Shown here: positions 11,965 through 24,640 of the stretch, in pieces
Layout: every line of letters starts with the position of its first letter
Position numbering within the stretch: position 1 is the first letter of the stretch
Assembly: GCA_964016885.1 (NCBI GenBank)
Contig: OZ024747.1
Span: forward strand, 7,502,001-7,566,000
Reading direction: 5' to 3'
Length of the DNA stretch: 64,000 bases
DNA from: Eledone cirrhosa
Lineage: Eukaryota
The notes under the pieces: generated by a model
The model's database searches: none
Told to the model about the DNA's origin: nothing
The model's input: the letters and a program-made list of their open reading frames with translations, nothing else
Translations under genes and position numbers: made by a program

Positions 11965-12281
11965 TACCCATCTTCCGGCTTCTCTGGAGAATTGTAAAAG
12001 CACATATCGTTATATGCTTTTTCTATGAAAATTAGTAGTGGGTAGACTAATTTGCATAGAACGTGAGTCATTGTACGCACCGGTTCAGCGGAAACGATAA
12101 AAACAAATAACGAAACGAAATTAAATTTCGTTTCGCTTCTAACTCACTTTTGTATGACTGAACCGGTGCGTACAATGACTCACGTTCTATGCAAATTAGT
12201 CTACCCACTACTAATTTTCATAGAAAAAGCATATAACGATATGTGCTTTTACAATTCTCCAGAGAAGCCGGAAGATGGGTA

Positions 12282-12326
12282 AATATTGCTGATGAGATGT
12301 AATAACATCGAAACTAGTCCAATATT
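12282..12326 (+). ncRNA. Minimal type I hammerhead ribozyme (family A)
   Basis: AAUAUUG-CUGAUGA-GAUGU(AAUA)ACAUC-GAAA-CUAG-UC/CAAUAUU: perfect 7-bp stem I, 5-bp stem II, full catalytic core, GUC triplet, palindromic ACUAGU stem III. Predicted cut after 12319. Confidence 0.9.
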
Positions 12327-12603
12327 CCTGTCTGGCCCTCTGGAGAATAGAGGAAATGTGTTTCCTTGAAAACTCGTATGACTCTAAAACCCGGTCCGTC
12401 TGTGTGGTTACATACAGACTAGCTGACACTCACTGTAAAGTGTCTAGTGAAAAACTCAGTACATGTACATATGTATACATGTGTGTATTTATATGCATAC
12501 TAATACTTCCGTATACATATGTAGATGTACACTTTAACTTAATTGTTATATATATATAAATATATATATATTACATATATATTTATATACATATACACAT
12601 ATT

Positions 12604-12708
<105 letters not shown>

Positions 12709-12892
12709 ATACCTGGGGAGGGTCATATTTGTGTAATACATATATATAATTTATCAAAGTTCTTTCGTTGCACATCTGCAACATCGTCAGTAGTATATAT
12801 ATGTATATAGTAATAATAATAAATTTGAAGACTAAAATCCAAAGAGGGCTCGATAAGGATAAATATATATCAAATATATAAGAACCGTAGAG

Positions 12893-12985
12893 CAAATATT
12901 TATTAAAATAACAGATTTAAGTTTAAGCAAAGAATCGCAGCGATTCTTTGCTTAAACTTTAATCTGTTATTTTAATAAATATTTG
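12893..12985. repeat. Near-perfect palindrome (46-bp arms, 1-nt spacer)
   Basis: CAAATATTTATTAAAATAACAG...AGAATCGC-A-GCGATTCT...ATATTTG with one mismatch. Confidence 0.9.
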
Positions 12986-12991
12986 TATATG

Positions 12992-13030
<39 letters not shown>

Positions 13031-13779
13031 TTGAATAATATCAGAATGAGTTGTACTTGTTGCACAAGCGACTTGCTCCGTGACAGTGTGTTGAAAATGA
13101 AACAATGACAACACGAAGGAACCAGTTTAGTTTATCTGAAAACATACACAAACTGTTCCATTCACTTTTCATTTATTTTATGAGATGTCAAAATTTTCGT
13201 CGCTCCACTGTGACATGAAACCAATTATAATAACCACCATACCCTGAGAAATGTTAAATCAGGCGTACATTATTTCCTGCCACTCCCATGATGCTTTACG
13301 ACCACTGCTGAGCACGTGACCAATACGCCACTAGTATAACCATTTTGATTCTGAAGATGGGTTTGTGAACGTCTCGAAACCTTAATACACACATGAATTT
13401 CGGAACGCTATTATTCCAAACTAAACAGAAAGAACCAATAGGAAAATATGAAAAGTCCATAATAAAAATGATCAAACCCGAGTGCAGTTATGTTTTTAAT
13501 GTAATATTTTTCTTAATCATATATGTACAAGCATATATATATACATACTATTGGATGGCCATTGACTCATGAGTTCCCCAGCCTTTTGACAAGCTTGGTT
13601 TTTCAACCCCAAAATCGCCTCCTCATCAAGCAAGCTTGTACTGAGTTATGTTACCAGTAGCACTCTAGAGCGATCTGATACACATATATATATATAATAC
13701 ATTTTTCTTTAATGGCCCCGCGCGCATTTTCTGTCACTGTATATTCATTTTCTAACCAATCAGCCTTAAATTTCAGGAC

Positions 13780-14754
13780 ATGGCAGATACAACGTCTGAG
13801 AAGACAACAAAACTCCTAATGGGAGCTCCAGTACCAGATTTTCTGGCTGATTCACTACTATAAGTATAGCTCGTACAAACGCGCCTAGAAGCAATTTCAT
13901 GCAGTTTTTGAACGGACAAATCTCCCTTCAAAACCAATATACAAATCTAGGGGAAGAAGTTTGAGTTCGATGAGACAGTAGAGAACCTCAATATAATGTC
14001 CATCCTACCCGGGAGAAGCCAATCCTTAGGTCTCTCCACAAAAAGTGTTGTCAAGGAGGATCTTAAGAAGTACCCCTACAGAATACAAACCAAACAAAAG
14101 TTTATTGTAGCTGATAAGAAAGAGGAAAGCTGTGTGAGAAAATGCTGGGGAAGATGGAAAACAACATGAATTTTCTGAATCTGCTGTGAACCGCTGATCA
14201 AGCTCACTTTCATTAAGCGGGGAAGATCAACTCTAAGAACAATGTGTTCTGGGGATCAGAGAAACCAACTGTGAAACCTCTCCACTCAATACCGTCCGGG
14301 CTGCTATTTTTGAGGGAGGATTAATTGACCCATTCTCCTTCAAAGAAAATGGTGTCACAAAGAAACGCTACGTGGAGGTCTTGGAAGACTTTTAAAATAT
14401 GAATAAGTTCTGGTTCCAGCAAGGCGGAGCAAGCCCTCACATTTGCAAGGAGTCGCGAGAATGGTTCAAAAATAATTTGGAAATCTTGTGAAGAGAAAAT
14501 CAGAGCTATTCCTAGGTCTGTTTGTAAAGACGTTATGCTAAACTTCAGCATGCGCCTCAAAAAATGCTTGGATTCAAATGGGGATCACCTGGAATATTAT
14601 AACTATGGACAGAATCATGAGAAGGTAGTGAACTTATGTTATGTTGTTTTTAATGGTTTAAACTAAATATATTCAGAGTTTCATCAGTTTTTGTGAAAAA
14701 ATGAATAATGTAGACAAAAATTAAAATGGGGCCAGTTTTTTTTTTGTCACCCTG
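13780..14754 (+). mobile_element. Degenerate Tc1/mariner DNA transposon (transposase pseudogene)
   Basis: Remnant frames DLKKYPYRIQ..., TADQAHFH*AGKINSKNNVFWGSEKP, WFQQGGASPH; 3' end ...TTTTTGTCACCCTG followed by TA. 5' TIR not seen. Confidence 0.8.
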
Positions 14755-14778
14755 TACACATATATATATGCACACATA

Positions 14779-14812
<34 letters not shown>

Positions 14813-15035
14813 TGTTTGCATTTAGATAAATGAATTGCAAGTGTACAAGGGTGGAATGTGGAACAAAAGACAGTCATAGCGAGACATAATAAATAGTGTT
14901 TCAACTATATCACTGTCGTCTGCATGCATTGAAGCTGGGCGCCATATGCATGGACGCAAGAAACGTTGTTTTTAGGGTTTGTAAGCTAACATATATATTT
15001 TACAATGACATCTCTTGACAATGACTGTGTCAGTT

Positions 15036-15042
15036 GTGTGTA

Positions 15043-15094
<52 letters not shown>

Positions 15095-15114
15095 TATATA
15101 TGTATGTCTGTGTC

Positions 15115-15158
<44 letters not shown>

Positions 15159-15182
15159 TATATATATATGTGTTTGTGTCTA

Positions 15183-15228
<46 letters not shown>

Positions 15229-15248
15229 TATATATGTATGTCTGTGTC

Positions 15249-15290
<42 letters not shown>

Positions 15291-15312
15291 TATATATATG
15301 TGTTTGTGTCTA

Positions 15313-15360
<48 letters not shown>

Positions 15361-15385
15361 TATATATGTATGTCTGTGTCTATGT
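15036..15385. repeat. Tandem array of about 60-bp (TG)/(TA) compound units
   Basis: Alternating GTATGTCTGTGTCTGTGTGTG and GTGTTTGTGTCTATGTGTGTG blocks, each followed by (TA)n-ATTATATA. Confidence 0.8.
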
Positions 15386-15787
15386 GAGCCTGAATGCGTG
15401 CGTCAGTGCCGAGTAATGTATGTTTATATATGTGGGTATGTGTGTGTGTAGTGTGTGAGCCTCTCTACTTTTTTTCACACATACACCCGCGCGCATAACA
15501 TACTATTTCCCTACCTACAACTCCCTCCCCGTTTCTCTGAGACTGGTACTATTTAATGTTATGGGAAAATATATTTTGCTACAATACCACAATGGCTTAC
15601 TTTGTGTGTCTTTGTATTAATGTGTATGCGTGTTTATGTGTATATATATATATATATATATAAGTGTATGTATATCTGTGTGTGTGTACATGTGTATGTA
15701 TGTACGTATCTACACGTATGTATGCTATACATACATACATACATATTGTATACACACACATATATATACGTGTGTGCATGTGTGTGT

Positions 15788-15820
<33 letters not shown>

Positions 15821-16215
15821 AGTGATCAGAGCACTACTGGAAGTTGTTCAGCCCTCTCCTAGCTACATGCCCATACAAATGCATCACAGCTGTCAACTAA
15901 CGGGCCGCTACAGCTTTTTAAATCACATTTTGTTACTCCATTTTTTTTAAAGGCATATTATAACCAATTCTTTTCCCTGGATATCTAATTTAGGAACACA
16001 TATTGCGCGGTCGGTGGGAGGTGGGAGGTGGGGGGGATATAGTCGACTAAACCGACTCAGGTAGGTTTTATTTTAAGGAAACTGAAGAACTGCACACATC
16101 TTTGAAGTAGATGCCACGACTCAGTGTTTGATGTTTTCTGAGTTGGAAAAGCATTTGTCATGGCAATTTTTATTATTTCATGATTCCTATTCTTTCATCA
16201 GAGCTAAGAAAATAA

Positions 16216-16393
16216 TTGTTTCTACTTTTGGCACAAGGCCAGCAATTATCCCAGTACATTACTGGTACTTTATTTTATCGACCCCGTAAGGATGAAAGGC
16301 AAAGTAAACCTCGGCGGGATTTGAACTCAGATCGTAAAGGGACGTAACTATGCTGGAAAGCATGGCGTCCGACCTTCTACCGATACTGCCAAT
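16216..16393 (-). mobile_element. tRNA-derived SINE (main family)
   Basis: A box TGGCAGTATCGG and B box GAGTTCAAATCC on the minus strand; conserved body. Confidence 0.8.
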
Positions 16394-16449
16394 AAGAAAA
16401 TAATATGATCTGTTCAGAAAACACAAGCAAATGCCAATAAGTTATTTGA

Positions 16450-16800
16450 ACTAACAAACTCTCTGGAGTAACGTTACTCGATAGAGTGCGTCGCTCAGAG
16501 ATCAGAGAGTCGCTCAAAGTAGAGCCGCTACTTCTCAGAATTGAGAGATCAGAGCTCCGATATTATGGACATGTGGTTAGAATGTCTCAGGAAAAAATCG
16601 TTGGACAGATTTTACGGGCAAAACCAACCGACAGGAAATAAAAGAGTAGACACTGAGCAGGATGGTTGGATAACATCCATAAACTCGGCTAGTCTCGCTT
16701 GGGGATTCAGTCGAATCAATTGGAGACGGTTGCTTCTGACAGGACTCGCTGGAAGGCGTGCTTGAGGACCTCTCAGGAATAAGTGGACAGGACAATACAC
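16450..16800 (+). mobile_element. 3' fragment of a second RTE-type LINE
   Basis: GVTLLDRVRRSEIRESLKVEPLLLRIERSELRYYGHVVRM...ASDRTRWKA, an RTE C-terminal signature with internal stops. Confidence 0.75.
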
Positions 16801-16963
16801 GTTTTATGCCACACTGTTCCACCACGGGGATATTTCTGCTTAGTCATTCGATTTCATATAAATAGCAGCCAAATCTACTTCAATATATACTTCTTTAAGT
16901 AAGTGAAAGACAGATTAGATACTACACAAATGCACAAGCTCACATAAATATATAAATGCTTTT

Positions 16964-17059
<96 letters not shown>

Positions 17060-17062
<3 letters not shown>

Positions 17063-17320
17063 CTTTATTTGTGGGTTTCAGTCATTGAACTGCAGCAATA
17101 TTGGGGTAACGCCCTATCGACCTCAATAGATATTACTTCTTACTTATTTTTATCGATACTTGTGACCAAACCGCTGAATTACAAGACATAAGCAAACAGT
17201 CAGCGTAAACGCGATGGGCTTCTGCATAGTACCGTCTACCAAACTTCCTTCACAAAGCATTGGTCAACCTGGGGCTTTAGCAGAAGACACCACAAGGGAC
17301 CAGGCAATGGGATTGAATCG
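17060..17320. mobile_element. Second SINE-like repeat family; first 140 bp locally duplicated at about 17860-18000
   Basis: GATGGGCTTCT...TCTACCAA...TCACAAA.CATTGGT recurs at about 62920-63005; TTCCTTTATTTGTGGGTTTCAGTCATT...ATCGATACTT is duplicated about 840 bp downstream. Confidence 0.6.
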
Positions 17321-17383
17321 AAAAACATACATACATACATACATACATACATACATACATACATACATACATACATGTGTGTG

Positions 17384-17460
<77 letters not shown>

Positions 17461-17852
17461 ACAGATAGACAGACCGGCAGACAGATAGACAGACCGGCAG
17501 CCAGACAGACAGACCGGCAGACAGACAGACAGACCGGCAGACAGATGGTAGTTTGTGATAAATAGTCTATATTTCCTTTATGTAGCATATATGAGGTCTA
17601 TTCTTCCGGTTTGTTTAATGTGTGTATATATTAAGTCATACCTCCGACTACCTCCATTCTCGGTGATAAAATATCACGCTTAGATGAACTTAAATTGTAG
17701 TGTGTAAGTTTGTGTGCGTCAATCTACATGTAATTGTTTGAGATTTAGGCCAGCAATTTGGAGGGAAAGTCGATTAAATCGATCCCGTAAGGATGAATGG
17801 CAAAGCTAATCTCGGCGGGAGCAGCTAATAGGCAGAGTCGTCAAACGCACAC

Positions 17853-17883
<31 letters not shown>

Positions 17884-18027
17884 ACATATATATATATATT
17901 CCTTTATTTGTGGGTTTCAGTCATTAAACTGCAGCAATATTGGGGTAACGCCCTATCGACCTCAATAGATATTACTTCTTACTTATTTTTATCGATACTT
18001 AGCGGTATTCGTTCCGGTTCTCTACGC

Positions 18028-18212
18028 CAGGGTTTCCCAAACTTTTTCAAACGCGGAACTCTTTTTGGTTCAGAAACTTTTGGGGGAACCCAAAACTCTA
18101 ATACTGTTATATGGTCATAATATAAATATACTCCTCTACCCTTTTTCACGGAACCCTAGACACTCCTTTGTGGAACCTTTGGGTTCCGCGGGACCCACTT
18201 TGGGAACCACTG
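18028..18212. mobile_element. hAT-type MITE with perfect 8-bp TSD
   Basis: TIRs CAGGGTTTCCCAAA / TTTGGGAACCACTG; TSD CTCTACGC at 18020-18027 and 18213-18220. Confidence 0.9.
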
Positions 18213-18286
18213 CTCTACGCTATGACCTGCCTAGGTCAACTTCACCTTTCATCCTTTCGAGACCGATAAAAAAAATGTCCTGGCGT

Positions 18287-18435
<149 letters not shown>

Positions 18436-18912
18436 CAAGTATTTAAGTGTCTCACCTTATATTTACCAAGCAGAGCAATCTGAAGATCTTTCTCACCACC
18501 TTTCTAAGACAGTCACTTCACGGTGAAATCTAGTTACTGTTTCATTCCTTTGTTTGTTTTTTGTTAGATTTATATACCAGCCACTCGTGTCAACAGCTGC
18601 AGTATACTGGATAGCTAAACAAGCAACTGTCTTTAATAGAGCAGCAGCTGACGAGGTGTATACTCTCTGAAGCATCAAGATATCCCGTGAGGTAACTTAT
18701 AAATATTCTATATTTTCTTTATGTGGTATATTTGAGATACATTCTTCTTGTTCAGTTATTCAGCATAGGCATAAAACCACATTATCAACTATCTTTAGAG
18801 TCGTTGTGTACTCTACTGATTAAATATCTGGCATAGATGAACTAAAACTGTAATACCTAGGCTCATAAACTTCTATTTACTATATATATATATATATATG
18901 CATGTATGTAAG

Positions 18913-18996
<84 letters not shown>

Positions 18997-19349
18997 TGTA
19001 TGTATATGTATATATGTATATATATAAAACATGAGAAGCAAGAAGAATACTGCGTGGTTTGCACATGGGTTACATATGATAAAAATAGTCCTTCGTCAGA
19101 GATTTTCCAACCATCATTGGTATTTCATCGCATATGTATGTATGTATATATATATATATACGTATATGTATATATATGTGTATGTATAAATATATATGTA
19201 TATATATATATGTGTATGTATAAATATATATGTGTATATATATATATATCGGCGACTGGCCGAGAAGCTAGTTGGTCAGTCGTCCTCTCTGTCTCTGTCT
19301 CTGATTTTTCGGACCCATGGTTTTTTACATATTCCTTTGTTATATTCCA

Positions 19350-19407
19350 ATACCTGATTATATCACCGGATTCATATGGAACCCGGTCATTGAAATGATC
19401 ATAGTAT
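19350..19407 (+). ncRNA. Degenerate minimal hammerhead ribozyme
   Basis: AUAC-CUGAUUA-(stem with ACCGG/CCGGU)-GAAA-UGAUCA-UA/GUAU; palindromic stem III, but core G8 is replaced by U and the base of stem II is imperfect, so probably inactive. Confidence 0.5.
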
Positions 19408-19877
19408 AATAAACCTTTCAAGGATTTACACCAGTCCAGCCTCCTATTATTTTATTTCATTTATAATTAACTCCGTATTCGCACCACCAACTACACAAAC
19501 GAAGATGGATGAACTGCACTGCGTTGAGTACTCTTCACAATATTACACCAGGATTGACCATACGGAATGACCAGTTCTATCCAGTGGTGAACCAACAAAC
19601 CTAAAGATATATGTATATAAGGTATCTATTTTTGAAGTTCTGGTCAACTTTATTTAGTTACCTACCTAGCTATGTGTGGTTACACACTTGTAAAAATTAT
19701 CTCCTGTGATTATTTATGTTTATTTATATGTTAATCAATCTCTAGTTATTATATATATATATATGTGGGTGTGTGTGTGTGAATGAAGTAATTCCGTCGA
19801 AAAAGTCCAGGAAAAAAGAGTGCTCTATGTAGGTAACAGAGCTTAATAGTTATGTAATAAACAACGTAATGCAATTA

Positions 19878-19937
19878 TTCCATTTACCAGTGGTTTCTTA
19901 AAAGCAAAAAATGTTGCTTTCAATCCTCAGAATGAAA
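19878..19937 (-). ncRNA. Type I hammerhead ribozyme (family B)
   Basis: Mirror copy of 20003-20062. Confidence 0.78.
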
Positions 19938-20002
19938 AAATCCTGGTCTGTTTATTAAATTTGGATTTTAAAAATCCAAATTTAATAAACAGACCAGGAT
20001 TT

Positions 20003-20062
20003 TTTCATTCTGAGGATTGAAAGCAACATTTTTTGCTTTTAAGAAACCACTGGTAAATGGAA
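20003..20062 (+). ncRNA. Type I hammerhead ribozyme (family B)
   Basis: UUUCAUU-CUGAGGA-UUGAAAGCAA(CAUUUU)UUGCUUUUAA-GAAA-CC(ACU)GG-UA/AAUGGAA; 7-bp stem I, 10-bp stem II, GUA triplet; U-A instead of the usual G-C at the base of stem II. Confidence 0.8.
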
Positions 20063-20087
20063 TAATTGCATTATGTTGTTTATTACA

Positions 20088-20166
<79 letters not shown>

Positions 20167-20175
20167 GTATATATA

Positions 20176-20330
20176 TCATCATCATCATCGGGTTTAGCGT
20201 CCGTGTTCCACGCTTGCATGGGTTTGGACGGGGGTTTTCCCACTTGAGGCAAGAGTGGTTGTCTTGCTCGCATAGGACTGTCTGGCGGGTTTTCTACAGC
20301 TGGATGCCCTTCCTAACACCAACCACATTT
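20176..20330 (-). mobile_element. RTE-tail-like SINE/LINE 3' end with (GAT)n tail
   Basis: Minus strand GTTAGGAAGGGCATCCAGCTGTAGAAA...CATGCAAGCGTGGAA...GATGATGAT; related copies at about 44450-44662 (+) and 62690-62775 (-). Confidence 0.6.
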
Positions 20331-20490
20331 ATAGTGTGGGGCTGGGAGGTTTTTACCGTGTTGCCTACACGGCCACATTACAGCGTGGACTGTGTGTTTT
20401 TTGTCGTGACACCTACACGATCTCATTTGTTTCGGCCTGGATGGCGCGGCACCAACATAACTTTACATTGAAAGGGGTGGTGTGGATGGG

Positions 20491-20962
<472 letters not shown>

Positions 20963-21236
20963 TGTCGACGTTACAATATGGAGTCAACAGCTGATAAAGA
21001 CAATATCCCGCAGTGCCAGCTGTATGCAAAATATAATTACATATTCATATATTTATATTTCAATATGCACGCGTATACGTGTGTTTGTGTGCATGTGTGT
21101 GCATGTGTGTATGTGTGTATGTATATGTATGTGTGTGTATATATGGATGTATGTTTCTATATTTGACAGTAGTAAACAAGCGAACAAATGTAAGCAAGTT
21201 AAACAAGTCAACAAAAGCACATGCGCACACATATAC

Positions 21237-21272
<36 letters not shown>

Positions 21273-21406
21273 ATAGATATGTTAGATAGATATGTTTCTT
21301 TATTAGCCACAGGGGCACAAAAGAAGGGGACAAATACAAAGGGGGAAGTTTACATACAATAAAAACGTGTATAGATAGATAAATACTACACACATCTATT
21401 TGTATG

Positions 21407-21486
<80 letters not shown>

Positions 21487-21527
21487 AATACTGTTGGCTT
21501 CTTGCGACAATGTTTTCTATACCTTTC

Positions 21528-21604
<77 letters not shown>

Positions 21605-22013
21605 TATATACACATACTCACACACATATGTATACACATATACATATACACATATATATAGATAGATATAGAGAGAGAGTGGGGAGAGACAGAGAGAGGG
21701 GGAGAGAGAGAGAAAGGTGAGAGAGAGAGAAAGAGAATGGTTAGAGAGAGAGGGTGAGAGGGAGTGAGAAAGAGAGGGAGTGAGAGAGAGAGGGAGTGAG
21801 AGAGAGAGGGTACTGTAGTAAGACTGAGATATATAATACGTTACGCTAGTGACAAACGACGAGACTAGTATGGGCGGGTGCTTCGTGAAAGATAAGATGG
21901 CACGTGGGTAAGATAGGTGGGGGACGGTGGAGATGACAAAAACTGCTGGTTTGGGGGGGGGGGGACAGGTTAAACAGGTACAGTGTTTTAAGACAGTATC
22001 ATAACAATGACTG

Positions 22014-22635
22014 TACATATACACACACATACACATACATATACACACACATACACATACATATACATATACACACATATACACATACATACACACACAT
22101 ACACATATACACACAGATACATACACACACACACACATACACACAGATACACATACACACATATACACACATACACATAGATACATACACACACATACAC
22201 ATACACAAAGATACATACACATACACACACATACACATACACACAGATACATACACATACACACATACACATACACAAAGATACATATACATACACACAC
22301 ATACACATACACACACATACACATACACACATATACACACACATACACACACATACACATACACAGATACATACACACAGATACATACACAAAGATACAT
22401 ACACACACATACACATACACAAAGATACATACACATACACACACACACACAGATACATACACATACGCACAGATACATACACATACACATACACACAGAT
22501 ACATACACACACATACACACAGATACATACACATACACACATACATACACATACACACACATACACATACACACAGATACATACACATACACACACATAC
22601 ACATACACACACATACACATACACACACATACACA
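22014..22635. repeat. Compound (CA)n/(CATACA)/(CAGATA) simple repeat
   Basis: About 620 bp; the 368-aa V/C/M/Y ORF here is an artefact. Confidence 0.95.
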
Positions 22636-22911
22636 AGATATATTACGTCATGAGTCTCTTTCTGTGTTGTGGTTTTTTTGTTCGGTTTAGAATTTTAACC
22701 CAGATTTAGAATATGCGTATATGAATAATGCGTGTGTGTGTGTGTGTATATATTTGTGTGTACATCTACATCTATATATATTAAATATATTGGTGTGCGT
22801 ATGTATATATATATATATATATATTTATATACCTACCCCCCACTCTCCTGAGCGTGAATTTAATAAACATTTGTCGTACTGCCTCTCTGTTCTGTCCCTG
22901 TTCAATTTTTC

Positions 22912-23005
<94 letters not shown>

Positions 23006-23080
23006 ATAGATAGATATACATACACACGCAGAATAATTAGTCTTATTAATTTCACGTTCACACTTCAAAATATTATTATT

Positions 23081-23159
<79 letters not shown>

Positions 23160-24640
23160 CAGATGTCGTAGGTATGAGAAACCTACACCTTCGCCACCCC
23201 AATATTGTTGGGGGTGCGGGAGAAGGCTCTCTTGAGTGCAGAACCCCAGGCGTATGCCGCCTCGTGATCCCTGGTGACAGAATGGAGAACGCAAACCCCC
23301 AGAGGGTAGAGGAGTAGACTCCTTGAAATAGCCATTCCACTTCACGGGGCTCACTCCTGCCAGTGGTCAACTATGACCTGATAGTAGTGAGTAAAACACC
23401 ACAAGCCTCCATTCCCGGAGGCTCAAAGTATAAACCTATCGGGAATTGTTCGATCCTTCAAGAGCATGTCGGGTAGGAAAACCTAGGTCTGTCGTCTGAT
23501 GCCCAAGTTGCCGCTGGAGAAAGTCTCGCTACACGTCGTGTCCCAAATGAGGAGGTTACTACCGCAGAACGGGAAGATTGTGGTGCCATCTAGCCTTTTG
23601 CCGTCCCGCCGATCCAACTCCACCGGCTCGAGCTGCGAAGACAAACCAACGGCGTCCAAATACATGCATGCATATACACATACATACATACATACATACA
23701 TACATACATACATACATACATACATACATACATACATACATACATACATACATGGTGGCTGCCAACTCGTTTTCGAGTACGGCCACTACTTTATATCCAT
23801 GTAGGAGAACCCCTACCGATGCGTTGAACGAGTGTGACTTTTTAGTCCAGCCAGCGACTTGAAAACTCTGGTACAAACACTACACTTGTGACAATTATTG
23901 ACACATAGTGCTGGGCCCATGGTACCATGTGACAAGTGCTGAGAGATCTCCAGATATAAAGCAATGCCTGTGCCGTGAAGCTGTTATAGTGAGCAAAGGC
24001 ACTGCACAAAGCCAGTCCCACTCTCTTAACCAAGATGATATTTACCAAAAAGAAGAACAAGTCAACATCATTGGATACCATCAGGGTTGCAGGTGTTATA
24101 TCAGAGTTTTCCTTCTCCTAGAATACATACATACATGCATGCATGCATGCATACATACATACATACATACATACATACATACATACATACATACATGTAT
24201 ACATGCATGCATACATACATACATACATACATACATACATACATACATACATACATGGATGCATGTATACATGCATGCATACATACATAATGGCTGCATC
24301 TCACTTTCGAGAATTGCCATACCTTGACCTTTTTCTAATATATGGATGGCATGAACATGACTATTTAACCCTTCAAGGGCTTAGATTCCTTTCTGCATAT
24401 GCTGCAACGAAGAAAAAAAGAAAAGGCCATGGTCACGCAACACACACGGGGTTCGTTTAGATCAAGTGATGCATTTTTGGAGGAAGAAAGGCCTTGCACT
24501 GGACTAATCACACTCTCTGAACAACGGTGACTGGTATCAAAACAGAAGAACAGGTCAACATCATTGGATGCTATCATTTTCCTCCTAAAATGGTGTCCTA
24601 ACAAGAACTAGGCGTCTCTCACTCAGGGTGGGCTAACTGC
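23160..24640 (-). mobile_element. Degenerate CRE-clade retrotransposon interrupted by (TACA)n arrays
   Basis: LDAVGLSSQLEPVELDRRDGKRLDGTTIFPF...LIWDTTCSETF (R.DG / WD.T RLE motifs) and EPREVEWLFQ...FAFSILS homologous to 2079-2381. Confidence 0.7.

Larger units (their letters stand above)
11628..12547. mobile_element. Hammerhead-bearing non-coding element with terminal direct repeat and 390-bp inverted arm (Penelope pLTR / retrozyme-like, family A)
   Basis: 11628-11692 repeats directly at 12097-12161 (period 469); 11699-12088 is the reverse complement of 12158-12547 (identical ORFs called on opposite strands); each arm holds a hammerhead; flanked by (TA)n. Confidence 0.8.
19846..20094. mobile_element. 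Fold-back palindrome (124-bp arms) of hammerhead family B element, ending in (TA)n
   Basis: Arms centred on 19970 with a single mismatch; an unfolded relative lies at about 33085-33300. Confidence 0.85.

Noticed and set aside
11817-12429. Identical 72-aa ORFs on opposite strands
   Set aside because: A by-product of the inverted repeat with a non-ATG start and no protein signature; the ribozyme explains the conserved content better.
13350-13395. CTGAAGA...CGAAAC hammerhead-like core
   Set aside because: Stem II is poor and there is no NUH site with a stem I partner; at best a very old remnant.
18568-18691. Plus-strand segment with a good acceptor (TTTGTTAG) and a GAG/GTAACT donor
   Set aside because: Stops occur in the frames checked, with no recognisable protein or partner exons; it cannot be supported without RNA data.
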